In this document: positions 18,056 through 27,286 of the stretch, in pieces
Layout: each line of letters opens with the position of its first letter
How positions within the stretch are numbered: the first letter of the stretch is position 1
Assembly: GCA_028717685.1 (NCBI GenBank)
Contig: JAQUNI010000003.1
Span: 311-64,310 of the forward strand
From: Patescibacteria group bacterium
GTDB lineage: Bacteria; Patescibacteriota; JAQUNI01
Length of the DNA: 64,000 bases
Direction of reading: 5' to 3'
Notes under the pieces: generated by a model
Database searches by the model: none
What the model saw: only the letters and a program-made list of their open reading frames with translations
What the model was told of the DNA's origin: nothing
Made by a program: the position numbers and the translations under genes

Positions 18056-18502
18056 ATGTCGATTTTACGTATTTTAACCGATCGCGATCCGATTTTACGC
18101 AAAAAGTGTGCTGAAGTGGATGACGTTTCCGATCCCTTTATTCGAGGGCTGGTTTTGAATATGCGGGATACCTTAGAGAAGCATAAAGGGATTGGTTTAG
18201 CCGCTCCCCAGGTGGGAGTGAACAAAAGGGTAATTTTAGTGAAACTTTGGCGGGAGGAATATGTTTTAATCAACCCGCGTTTAACCTCTGCCTCGCGGGA
18301 GAAAGAAATGGGCGAGGAAGGTTGTCTTTCTTTGCCGGGCGTGTTTTTAAATCTGGAGAGGTCAAAGAAGGTGCGGGTGAAAGCCTTAGATCAAAATGGT
18401 AAGAAGATAAAAATGAAAGCTAAGGGCTTACTTGCCCGCGTTTTACAGCATGAGATTGACCATTTGGAGGGGATATTAATTAACGATAGAGTAAAGGATT
18501 AA
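18056..18502 (+). CDS. def: Peptide deformylase
   Basis: GIGLAAPQVG, EGCLS, QHEIDHLEG. Confidence 0.96.
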   Translation: MSILRILTDRDPILRKKCAEVDDVSDPFIRGLVLNMRDTLEKHKGIGLAAPQVGVNKRVILVKLWREEYVLINPRLTSASREKEMGEEGCLSLPGVFLNLERSKKVRVKALDQNGKKIKMKAKGLLARVLQHEIDHLEGILINDRVKD

Positions 18503-18705
18503 ATAGTGAGGATGACTTCTCCCCTGATAGGGGGAGAGTAAGAGGGGTTGAAAAAATTAAAATGTAAAAATCAAAATGCAAAATGAAAGTTTAAAATGCA
18601 AAAATAATCTATTTAAGAATTTTGAATTTTTAATTATATTTTTGAGTTTTGATTTGAAGCGATTTTCGAATTTAATTATTTTAAGTGATATTTTTGAATA
18701 AAGTT

Positions 18706-19644
18706 ATGCAAAGATACAGAGTTATTTTTATGGGCACTTCGGAATTTGCTGTGCCAATTTTGGAGAGACTCGCGTCTTCTAGTTTTAATATTGTCGGTGT
18801 TTTTTGCCAGCCGGATCGTCCGAAAGGAAGAGGATTAAAATATCAACATTGCGCGATGAAAAACATAGCCTCTCAATACAATTTTCCCCTATTCCAGCCC
18901 GAGAACCTGAAAAATAAGGTAATAGTGGGTAAAATTCAGGATTTAAAACCAGAGTTAATTATTGTCGCCGCCTATGGTTTAATTATACCCCAAATAATTT
19001 TGGAGATTCCGCAATTTGGCTGTCTTAATGTTCATCCTTCCTTACTCCCCCGCTATCGCGGTTCCTCGCCTATTCAGAGTGCGATTATTGAAGGGGAAAA
19101 AGAAACGGGGGTTACAATTATGCTTTTGGATGAAAAAGTGGATCACGGGCCAATTTTGGCGCAAAAAAAGATAAAAATAGAGAAAGATGATGATATTTTT
19201 TCTTTGAGCGAGAGATTAGCGAAATATGGAGCAGATTTGTTGCTTAAAATTTTACCATCATATTTTAGAGGAGAGATTAAACCTGTGCCCCAGGATCACA
19301 CTCAAGCTACTTTGACGAAAATGATTAAAAAAGAAGATGGTCAGATTGATTGGAGCGAAGATGCCGCGAAAATCGCGCGCAAAATCCGCGCTTGTCTTGG
19401 CTGGCCGGGGAGCTTCACTTTTTGGGGAGAAAAAAGAATTATTATTTTAGAGGCTGAAGCCAAAAATGCAGACCGTTACCGTGAGAAAAACGGCGAGGTC
19501 TTTGAAATTGACGCTGAATTATGTATTCAATGCGGGGAAGGGATCTTAAAAATAAAAAAACTCCGCTTGGAGGGAAAAAAACAAGTCACGGGAGTAGAAT
19601 TTTTAAGGGGTTACTCCGCAATTATTGGGGCGGTTTTACATTAA
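18706..19644 (+). CDS. fmt: Methionyl-tRNA formyltransferase
   Basis: FMGTSEFA, NVHPSLLPRYRGSSP, DHG; follows def. Start placed at the ATG at 18706. Confidence 0.95.
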   Translation: MQRYRVIFMGTSEFAVPILERLASSSFNIVGVFCQPDRPKGRGLKYQHCAMKNIASQYNFPLFQPENLKNKVIVGKIQDLKPELIIVAAYGLIIPQIILEIPQFGCLNVHPSLLPRYRGSSPIQSAIIEGEKETGVTIMLLDEKVDHGPILAQKKIKIEKDDDIFSLSERLAKYGADLLLKILPSYFRGEIKPVPQDHTQATLTKMIKKEDGQIDWSEDAAKIARKIRACLGWPGSFTFWGEKRIIILEAEAKNADRYREKNGEVFEIDAELCIQCGEGILKIKKLRLEGKKQVTGVEFLRGYSAIIGAVLH

Positions 19645-19672
19645 AAAAACAGGCATTTGATCGGTGCCTGTT
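19642..19672 (-). terminator. Intrinsic terminator
   Basis: AACAGGCA...TGCCTGTT stem with a T-run on the minus strand, between convergent genes. Confidence 0.6.
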
Positions 19673-19678
19673 GAGGTG

Positions 19679-19777
19679 TCAATCGCGTTTTCCTTGCCGG
19701 GAGATCCAGACAAGGGCAGGAAAGAACCAAGCAGCTAAGAGACTATAAATCATCAAGATATATTCCCATTTTGTCAT
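19679..19777 (-). CDS. Putative 32-aa membrane peptide
   Basis: MTKWEYILMIYSLLAAWFFPALVWISRQGKRD, preceded by AGGAG and followed by the terminator. Confidence 0.45.
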   Translation of the reverse strand: MTKWEYILMIYSLLAAWFFPALVWISRQGKRD

Positions 19778-19799
19778 TTTTTTCTCCTGACTCTTGTTT

Positions 19800-20060
19800 T
19801 CAATTATCTTCCTCATCAGAGTTGCCGCCCAATAGAATTTGCAGATGAGAAAACATACCGCATCCTGTAAGATCAATATTGTCATCCTGTTCTTTGGGAT
19901 TGCTGTAAGCGATGGCAAGTTTAGCGCGCAGGACAAGGTTTTCTTTTTGTATCCTCATTTTAGTTTCGCGAAAACTTTTTAAGCATACAATAACTGTGGG
20001 GAACGTGATGACTGCTACTGTTAGAACAGCTAAGATAGCAGGAATAATCAAGGTATACAT
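19800..20060 (-). CDS. Small single-TM hypothetical protein
   Basis: Hydrophobic N-terminus; AAGGAGGG upstream of the ATG. Confidence 0.55.
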   Translation of the reverse strand: MYTLIIPAILAVLTVAVITFPTVIVCLKSFRETKMRIQKENLVLRAKLAIAYSNPKEQDDNIDLTGCGMFSHLQILLGGNSDEEDN

Positions 20061-20102
20061 CTTATATCCCTCCTTTTCAGCTTTGGGCTGATGTTCTAAA
20101 AA

Positions 20103-20534
20103 TTAGGTGTGAGCGTCAATAACTTGATTAACAAGCTTGTCCGCCTTTTTGTTTTTTTCGCGCGGGATGTGGCGGAAGGAGACGCTATTAAAGAAGATGG
20201 AAAGAGCGATTACTTTTTCAAAAAGGGGTTTTAAAGCCTTATTTTTTATTTTATAGACACCGTTTAGCTGGTTTGTAATGAGTTCTGAATCCAAAAAGCA
20301 CTCTATTTCTTGGGTTTGCATTTCCCGCCCTTTTTCTAAAGCAAAAATCAAGGCTTGATATTCCGCTTGATTATTGGTTGCTCTGCCGATAAAGCGCGAG
20401 AATTTTTTGCATCTTCCATCTTTGTCGCAAATTACCACTCCGATTCCAGCAGGACCAGGATTGCCGCGCGCTCCTCCATCGCTATAAATTTTGACTGCCG
20501 TCAGGCGGGTCGTGTGCCTGCGTTTTGTTGCCAT
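20103..20534 (-). CDS. rnhA: Ribonuclease HI family
   Basis: YSDGGARGNPGPAG, TNNQAEY, DSEL, HIPREKNKKAD. Confidence 0.92.
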   Translation of the reverse strand: MATKRRHTTRLTAVKIYSDGGARGNPGPAGIGVVICDKDGRCKKFSRFIGRATNNQAEYQALIFALEKGREMQTQEIECFLDSELITNQLNGVYKIKNKALKPLFEKVIALSIFFNSVSFRHIPREKNKKADKLVNQVIDAHT

Positions 20535-20545
20535 ATTTGATTTTT

Positions 20546-22273
20546 TTAATTTTCCGAAATTTTTAAATCAACGATTTTGAGTTCTAATTTCCTTCGGCCA
20601 TTCCATTCATTGACGAGGATTTCATAGGCTAAGTCTATAGTGTCGCCAGGAAGGAGTTTCTTGACCCATTCCCCTAAACCAAAACCAATCGCTTCAAAGT
20701 AGCGGTTATTTTTATCCTTTAATTTTAGTTTTAAGTGTTTTTGTTGCGCACCCACGCTGCGGATTTCCATTACCGATATCTTTTGAGCTAAAAACCGCGG
20801 TACGGGATTAGCTTCACCGAAGGGTTGAAATTTTTCAATCTGTTCAAAGGTTTTTTCATTAATCTCGGAGAGATCGAGCTTTGCTTCAATAAGAAGCGTG
20901 GGCTTGAGTTCTTCCAAACCTATTTCTTGGCGCGCTATTTTTTCTAATTTTTGATAGAAAAGAGATATTTTGGCGGTTTCCAAAGTAAAACCGGCTGCGG
21001 TCTTGTGCCCGCCGTAGCGAATTAAAAACTCCTCGCATTCAGCTAAAGCTTTGGCAATGTTGAAACTCTCAATACTGCGCGCGGAGCCGGTGGATTCTCT
21101 CTCCCCTCTTTCAATGATTAAAGTGGGTTTAAAGTATTCATCGCAGATTTTCCCCGCCACGAGTCCAGCGATGCCGGATGACCAGGCGGGGTGACTGGCT
21201 AGAAGAATCATTTTTTCTTCCATATCGCCAATTTGTTCTTTGGCTTGTTCCAAAATTTCGGCAGTAAGTTTCTGGCGGCTGCGATTGGTAGTTTCTAATT
21301 CGGAGGCTAGTTTTTCTGCTTCTAATTCCGATTCCGTAAGGAGGAGGTTATAAGCGGCGTTAGCGTGCTTCATTCTCCCTGCGGCATTTAAGCGCGGAGC
21401 AATTTGATAACCAATATTATAAGTATTTAAAGGAGTTAGCTTTGGCCTTAAGCCAGCCTGCTCATATAGTTTTTTTAAACCCCATCTTTTGCTTTGGTTC
21501 AGAATAATTAAACCATATTTGACTAGGGTGCGATTTTCGTCAAGCAGAGGCGCCAGGTCCGCAATAGTGCCGATAGCCACTAGATCTAAAAGCCATTTTT
21601 CAAAAGCTTCTCGTGCAAGAGGTAGCTTGTCCGCTGTTTTGCTTAATAGCGCTTGAGCAAGCTTAAAGGCAATGCCCACTCCAGCTAATCCTTTAAAGGG
21701 GTATTGATCATCTTTTCTTTTTACGTTTAAAATCGCGTAAGCAGAGGGGAGTTTCGGAGGCACTTCGTGATGATCAGTAATAATCAAATTCATATTGAGT
21801 TTTTTCGCTTCCGCCGCTTGCTGCACATTAGTAATTCCACAGTCTACGGTAATAATTAAATGCGTTTTTTGTTTTTTAAACCTTCGCACATTCTTTTTAT
21901 GCAAACCGTAGCCTTCTTTTTGGCGATGAGGAATATATGTTTCCAGATTTTCCGCCCCCAAAAATTTTAAAGTTTTACAAAGAAGGGCTGTGCTCGTGAT
22001 GCCATCCGCGTCGTAATCGCCGTAAATCACAATCTTCTCTTTTTTTTGGATAGCTTTCAAAATGCGGTCGCAAGCTTTTTTCATATCTTGGATCAGGAAG
22101 GGGTCATATAATCCGGTTTTATAATCCGGGTTCAGAAAGTTGACGATCGCATTTTTATCTTTAAGATCACGGTTATAGAGAAGTTGGGCAATGAGCGGGG
22201 TTAAGCCGCTGATATTCTCTCGAAATTCCTGCGGTGCAGGGTGAGCCAGCTCCCAGATTTTTTCAAAAGACAT
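20546..22273 (-). CDS. recJ: ssDNA-specific exonuclease RecJ
   Basis: YGDYDADG, TVDCG, TDHH, GTIAD, PRLNAAGR, GGHKTAAG. Confidence 0.96.
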   Translation of the reverse strand: MSFEKIWELAHPAPQEFRENISGLTPLIAQLLYNRDLKDKNAIVNFLNPDYKTGLYDPFLIQDMKKACDRILKAIQKKEKIVIYGDYDADGITSTALLCKTLKFLGAENLETYIPHRQKEGYGLHKKNVRRFKKQKTHLIITVDCGITNVQQAAEAKKLNMNLIITDHHEVPPKLPSAYAILNVKRKDDQYPFKGLAGVGIAFKLAQALLSKTADKLPLAREAFEKWLLDLVAIGTIADLAPLLDENRTLVKYGLIILNQSKRWGLKKLYEQAGLRPKLTPLNTYNIGYQIAPRLNAAGRMKHANAAYNLLLTESELEAEKLASELETTNRSRQKLTAEILEQAKEQIGDMEEKMILLASHPAWSSGIAGLVAGKICDEYFKPTLIIERGERESTGSARSIESFNIAKALAECEEFLIRYGGHKTAAGFTLETAKISLFYQKLEKIARQEIGLEELKPTLLIEAKLDLSEINEKTFEQIEKFQPFGEANPVPRFLAQKISVMEIRSVGAQQKHLKLKLKDKNNRYFEAIGFGLGEWVKKLLPGDTIDLAYEILVNEWNGRRKLELKIVDLKISEN

Positions 22274-22328
22274 AGAAATATACAGTAAATTTTATCTTGC
22301 AGTGTTATTTCAATATAACAGCTGTTGT

Positions 22329-22808
22329 TTATATGCCTGGGCAAGTCGTATATCCCCCGTTTTGGATTCCATAATTGTTTCCCGTTGTTTCCAAAGTAGT
22401 ATAAAAACAATAATTTGAACAATAACCTCCACTGCAAGTACCGTCGGGATCGAAGTAATAACGGTTAGTGGTGGAGTTTAAGGGATCACAGGAAATCTTA
22501 GGGATGAATCCTTCGGTGACTAGTTTGCCGATATCATTTGTGGTGGTGTTACAAGGACTTTCCCAGCCGTTAAAAGTGTCGTTTGGATAACCATTATATT
22601 TGTCGTAATACATTTCTAGAGCAAGACTTATCTGTTTTAAATCTGATTTTCTTTCCGCATCTCTTGCTTTTTTGCGGGCGCTATTTAAGGAAACCATGAC
22701 AATCGTCGCTAAGAGCCCAATCACGGCGATAACGACTAATAACTCTATTAAGGTAAACCCCGTTAGAAATTTACGGTTTTTAACTTGGCGCATATTTTTG
22801 GCGCGCAT
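22329..22808 (-). CDS. Type IV pilin / pseudopilin
   Basis: G|FTLIELLVVIAVIGLLA class III signal, ARDAERKSDL, Cys-rich C-terminus. Confidence 0.9.
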   Translation of the reverse strand: MRAKNMRQVKNRKFLTGFTLIELLVVIAVIGLLATIVMVSLNSARKKARDAERKSDLKQISLALEMYYDKYNGYPNDTFNGWESPCNTTTNDIGKLVTEGFIPKISCDPLNSTTNRYYFDPDGTCSGGYCSNYCFYTTLETTGNNYGIQNGGYTTCPGI

Positions 22809-22828
22809 ATTTTTTAATACATTTCATT

Positions 22829-23380
22829 TTATTTGGCTAAATCTATGCCTCTTTCCAATGCTTTATAATTCAATTCTTCCAATTCTGGTTTTTCTTTAAA
22901 TTTGCTGCCCAGTTGCTTCTTAATTGCCTTTTTGACATTGTCTTTTTGCAGTATGGGCACAAAAGGCAGGATAGCCCCGAGAACAATTATGCTTAAAGTT
23001 TGAGGTGTAAATTTTTTATTAGCAATGTTAGTTGCATCTATTTCAATAATAGTGTTTTGAGTGGGGAGAATATTTTTGGGGACGAGGGAGCTGTTAGAGA
23101 TTATTTGAGTTCGCAGGCTGATATAAGTTTCGGAGCGTTTAACTGAACGTTCGCTTAAAAGCACCAGGATATCCGCTTTGTCAAATTTGGGATAAGTGAG
23201 CTCTTGGGGTGCAATCTGCACAAAAGCAACCGAGACACCTCCTCTTTGTTCTACGCCAAAATTAGGGACATACAGCGCTTTTAATCCTTGTTCGAAAGCG
23301 GCTTCCCCTAGAATTTTGCCGACTGTTTGTATCCCTTGCCCGCCTTCGCCGGCGATGAGAATTTTAGTATTGATAGACAT
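22829..23380 (-). CDS. 2-oxoacid:ferredoxin oxidoreductase gamma subunit
   Basis: AGEGGQG, FGVEQRGG. Confidence 0.9.
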   Translation of the reverse strand: MSINTKILIAGEGGQGIQTVGKILGEAAFEQGLKALYVPNFGVEQRGGVSVAFVQIAPQELTYPKFDKADILVLLSERSVKRSETYISLRTQIISNSSLVPKNILPTQNTIIEIDATNIANKKFTPQTLSIIVLGAILPFVPILQKDNVKKAIKKQLGSKFKEKPELEELNYKALERGIDLAK

Positions 23381-23537
23381 TGATGTTTAGAGGTGTTTTC
23401 GCTTTAGAGATGTTATTAAACTAAACAAAACTCATTGTTTTATTGCTTGCCCCGTAGGAGGGTCGCGAAGCGACTCCTTCGGGGTTCGATTGTTTCATTG
23501 TTGGTGGAAATGCATTGAATAACAATGGAGCAATAGA

Positions 23538-24242
23538 TTAAAGCTCTCCTAGTGGGAAATATTGTTGCATTGTTTCTAAAAATTTTCCAATTTCAGTGGG
23601 CGGTAATTTCCAATTCGTGGGACAAGGAGAAAGGATTTCTACAAAACTGAAACCTTTATTTTCCCTTTGATGGAGGAGCGCTTTTTTAATTAAATCCTGG
23701 GTTTCTTTTATTCTTACAGCTGTGCCTCGCGCTACAAAGGTTTTATGGTTAATTACTTTGACCATTTCTGGTCCTTTTAGAGATTGTCCTTTTTTGCCGT
23801 AGGGCGTAGTTTCTGTCACTTGCTTCAGAAGAGTGGTCGGCGCTTGCTGGCCGCCAGTCATCGCGTAATTGGCATTATTAACTAAAATGACGGTAAGGGG
23901 ATCATTGCGCAGAGCACTGTTCACTAAATGTTGGGCGCCGATAGCATAACCCCCGCCGTCGCCAAGATAAGCAATGGCGAGTTTTTGGGGCTTAGCTATT
24001 TTTACTCCTACCATTACAGGAATAGTGCGGCCATGATGGGTTTGAATTGTGTCAATATCAAAGAAATCCCAAGCAAGCAGTGAACAACCGATGTCCACAC
24101 CGAAAATGGTTTGGTTTTGAATTTGGAGCTCGTCAATAGCATTGCCTAAAGCGCGGAGGACCATTAGATGGCCGCAGCCGGGGCAAAATTTGGAAGGTTT
24201 AGTTTCCTTTTTCCAACATTGAGGAAAGGCAGGGGTATTCAT
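23538..24242 (-). CDS. 2-oxoacid:ferredoxin oxidoreductase beta (TPP-binding) subunit
   Basis: FCPGCGH, DIGCS, HGR, GDGG...NN..YAMTGGQ, SPCPTNW. Confidence 0.92.
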   Translation of the reverse strand: MNTPAFPQCWKKETKPSKFCPGCGHLMVLRALGNAIDELQIQNQTIFGVDIGCSLLAWDFFDIDTIQTHHGRTIPVMVGVKIAKPQKLAIAYLGDGGGYAIGAQHLVNSALRNDPLTVILVNNANYAMTGGQQAPTTLLKQVTETTPYGKKGQSLKGPEMVKVINHKTFVARGTAVRIKETQDLIKKALLHQRENKGFSFVEILSPCPTNWKLPPTEIGKFLETMQQYFPLGEL

Positions 24243-24289
24243 AATTCTAACTGGTTTAAATAAGTTAGTAAGCTACAAATAAAATTTTT

Positions 24290-24357
24290 GTAACATGTAA
24301 CTTAAAACTTGTAACTCAAGTTTTTTTGTGTTATAAGTTACAGGTTACAAGTTTCAA
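24290..24357. repeat. Inverted 7-nt arrays, GTAAC/GTTAC family (also 15912-15980, 33995-34092)
   Basis: GTAACAT GTAACTT AAAACTT GTAACTC ... GTTATAA GTTACAG GTTACAA GTTTCAA. Confidence 0.85.
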
Positions 24358-24360
24358 GAA

Positions 24361-25452
24361 TTAAAGAAGTATTCCCTTTATTTCTTCCGGTGTAAACCCC
24401 ACCCCAGGTTTCCCATGTGCTTCAATAGGTGTAGTTAAGCCATAGAGATTTTCTTTGACCATACTTGCAAATTGTCCTAAAGATGATTCTAATATATAGA
24501 TTTTTTTCGTTTGCTGGGTAATTTCGCGCGCTTCTTCTTTGGGAAAAGGATTTAAAGTAATCGGACGGAAAAGACCAAATTTTTTCTGTTTGGTTTCTTT
24601 TAGAGCTTGTTTTACAGCTGCGGCGACAATACCATAGGCGATAATAATTTTTTCCGCCTTTTCACAATTATATGCTTCACATTCTGATATCTTAGATGTT
24701 ATTTCATCAAAGGCTTTTTTAATGTCCATATTGATTCGCAGTATTTCTTCTTCCAGGTTGAAACAGTTTCTTAAATTTACATAATTATTTTTAACCGCAA
24801 AACTCTTAGTGGGCTGGAATTTTCTGATTAAGGAAGTGTCTTTACCTTCGCCAAGGTAAGGAATTGCCGGAGTTAACTCTATCCTTCTTTCTTCGGGACT
24901 CCAGATTTCTACTTCGCCTTGCATTTTAGCGATATAACCATCCCCTAAAATAAAAGCGGGAAAACGGTATCGCCAGGCAGTATCAAAAGCCTTAATGGAT
25001 AAATCATAAAGCTCCTGCAGGGTGGCAGGCGCATAAACAATCCGCATTCCTTCGCCGTTTCCGCCGTGAGAGGTCAAAATGAGCTCTTGTTGGGAGTAAA
25101 TAACGGTGCCTGTGGATGGACCGCCGCGTTGCATAATAAAAGTGACGGTAGGCAGGCGCATCGCTTCCGCCATAGACATTGGATCTTGCATTAAAACTGT
25201 ACCGGGACCGCTTGTGGCAGTGAAAGCCTTTTTTCCTCCCAAAATAGCGCCGATCATTGCAAAACCAGCCGCCATTTCGTCTTCAGCCTGTAAAAATTTA
25301 ATCTGGTCATTTTCATCCTTTTCAGAAATTTTTGTCCAATAGCTCATTATTTCGGTGGTAGGAGTGATGGGATAGCCAAACATAATCTCGGCGCCGGCGG
25401 CGAGACAAGCCCTAACGATTATTTCATTGCCTATAAGAAATTCTTTGGACAT
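24361..25452 (-). CDS. 2-oxoacid:ferredoxin oxidoreductase alpha subunit
   Basis: GYPITP, QAEDE, TATSGPG, QRGGPSTG. Confidence 0.92.
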   Translation of the reverse strand: MSKEFLIGNEIIVRACLAAGAEIMFGYPITPTTEIMSYWTKISEKDENDQIKFLQAEDEMAAGFAMIGAILGGKKAFTATSGPGTVLMQDPMSMAEAMRLPTVTFIMQRGGPSTGTVIYSQQELILTSHGGNGEGMRIVYAPATLQELYDLSIKAFDTAWRYRFPAFILGDGYIAKMQGEVEIWSPEERRIELTPAIPYLGEGKDTSLIRKFQPTKSFAVKNNYVNLRNCFNLEEEILRINMDIKKAFDEITSKISECEAYNCEKAEKIIIAYGIVAAAVKQALKETKQKKFGLFRPITLNPFPKEEAREITQQTKKIYILESSLGQFASMVKENLYGLTTPIEAHGKPGVGFTPEEIKGILL

Positions 25453-25495
25453 TGTGATTACTTTTTTTATTTCATTTTTATTAGTGGATATATTT

Positions 25496-26542
25496 TTATA
25501 ATTCTTGATTCTTAATTTTTAATTCCTTTTCAATTTCCTTGGCAATCATTTTTTCTTCATCGGTTTTAATCGCCATTACCTTCACGCCGGCTAATATTTT
25601 TTCCAAACCAGCACAGATGGTATTGCGGGTTATTGCTTCTCCCGCGCCAATTTGGCCTGTAAATACCAGAGCATCAATGCCGTTTAAAATAGCAAAATAA
25701 GCGCCAATATATTTTTGGATATGGTAGACAAAATTTTCAAAAGCAAGGCAAGCCTTTTTTTGTCCTTTCGCTACCGCCCGCAGAAGGTTTAAATAATTTT
25801 CATAACCCGCCAGTCCTTTGAGTCCGCTTTGATGGTTTAAGATATTTTCCAACTCTGTCTTGGTATGGTTTTTGAGCAGATATAAAATTACCCCTGGATC
25901 CAGATCGCCTGGCCGCGTCATCATTGTCAAGCCCTCCAGAGGCGTAAAACCCATGCTTGTATCTATGGGTTTCCCTTTTTGGATCGCGGTCATACTGGAT
26001 CCTCCCCCTAAATGGACAGTAATGGCTTTTAATTCCTCGAAAGGTTTTTTTAATCTCTTTGCGGCTTCTTGCGCGACGTATTGGTGGGATAGGCCATGAA
26101 AGCCAAAACGTTGAATGTGTTGCTTCTTATAAAATTCCCAAGGCAGGGCATAGATCTTTGCGCGTTTTGGCAGGTCAGCAAAAAAAGCAGTGTCAAAGCA
26201 GGCATAATTTGGAATGTCGGGTAAATATTTCTGGCAGGCAGCCACCCCCGCCAGATTCGCCGGATTGTGAAGAGGAGCTAGATCACTGCAATCCTCCAAT
26301 TTTTGCAAAACTTTTTCCGTGATGCAAACTGGCTTTTTAAAATAAATTCCACCGTGCACTACGCGGTGGCCGATTGCTTGAATATCGCGCAAATCGCCAA
26401 TATCTCTCAAAGCCTGTTTTATTGCCTCTTCATGGCTTTTGATATTCTGGAAATTGCCTTCTGCCGAAACATTCAGGGAAGGTATTTGGAAGAGTTTGTG
26501 TTTTAAAGAAGTGCTACCGGAGTTGATGACTAAGATTTTCAT
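25496..26542 (-). CDS. ackA: Acetate/propionate kinase
   Basis: ILVINSGSTSLK, GHRVVHGG, APLHN, FDTAF, GFHGLSH, TSMGFTPLEG. Start moved to the ATG at 26542. Confidence 0.94.
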   Translation of the reverse strand: MKILVINSGSTSLKHKLFQIPSLNVSAEGNFQNIKSHEEAIKQALRDIGDLRDIQAIGHRVVHGGIYFKKPVCITEKVLQKLEDCSDLAPLHNPANLAGVAACQKYLPDIPNYACFDTAFFADLPKRAKIYALPWEFYKKQHIQRFGFHGLSHQYVAQEAAKRLKKPFEELKAITVHLGGGSSMTAIQKGKPIDTSMGFTPLEGLTMMTRPGDLDPGVILYLLKNHTKTELENILNHQSGLKGLAGYENYLNLLRAVAKGQKKACLAFENFVYHIQKYIGAYFAILNGIDALVFTGQIGAGEAITRNTICAGLEKILAGVKVMAIKTDEEKMIAKEIEKELKIKNQEL

Positions 26543-26632
26543 AAATGAAAAGTTAAATTGCAAAAGTCAAAAGGTAAAAGTGTAAGTTAAAAGTAAAAAG
26601 GATAAAATATTCCACTTCTAACTTTTGACTTC

Positions 26633-27202
26633 TCACTTTACCATAATTTCCCCCTCCCCTCCCTTTTCTATTCCTGCCGCGTTGCCTTCGTCAGTATCCA
26701 GATGCGCCGCGGCTTTATAGTTTGGATCCACCCGCGTTATCACTTTGTGAAAAATAAGCTCCCTCTCCCCTTTTATTTTAATAGATATCTCTTGACCGTT
26801 TTTAAGGTTGAGTTTTTGCGCTTCTTCTGGATTAAGATGGAGATGTCGTTTGGCGATAATCAGTCCTTCTTTCAAATTGACCACTCCTTGGGGTCCGGTA
26901 ACCGCGCACCCTTGGGAATTTTCTAAATCATCTGAAAGCCTTAAAGGGGCATCTATTTTTAAGCGATGGGCGTCGGTGCGTGAGATTTCGATTTGAGTCC
27001 GTGAGCGAAAAGGTCCCACCACCCGCACCTCTTTTAAAATTTCCTGACCAATCTGGATATCCACGGTTTCTTGGCACGCGAAAAGACCGGGTTGAGACAG
27101 ATCCTTGATTTTTTTTAATTCATAGCCTTTGCCAAAAATTTTCGCGCAGTGAGGTTTGGATAAATGAATATGGCGAGCGGAAACCTCTATTAATATTAAC
27201 AT
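26633..27202 (-). CDS. pduL: PduL-type phosphotransacylase
   Basis: VSARHIHL, LSQPG, RHLH, HLDTDEGNA. The second ATG is preceded by GAGGTG (27238 is an alternative start). Confidence 0.92.
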   Translation of the reverse strand: MLILIEVSARHIHLSKPHCAKIFGKGYELKKIKDLSQPGLFACQETVDIQIGQEILKEVRVVGPFRSRTQIEISRTDAHRLKIDAPLRLSDDLENSQGCAVTGPQGVVNLKEGLIIAKRHLHLNPEEAQKLNLKNGQEISIKIKGERELIFHKVITRVDPNYKAAAHLDTDEGNAAGIEKGGEGEIMVK

Positions 27203-27286
27203 TTGAGAAGACACCTCTTTTTTGTTAGCAGTAAGCATATAATTAGCTTAAAAAATTTTCCCGTCTTGATTTTAATTTTCGGAAAT

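Noticed and set aside
20494-20512. Possible degenerate CCTGCC-type palindrome near the rnhA start
   Set aside because: Too short and degenerate to support.
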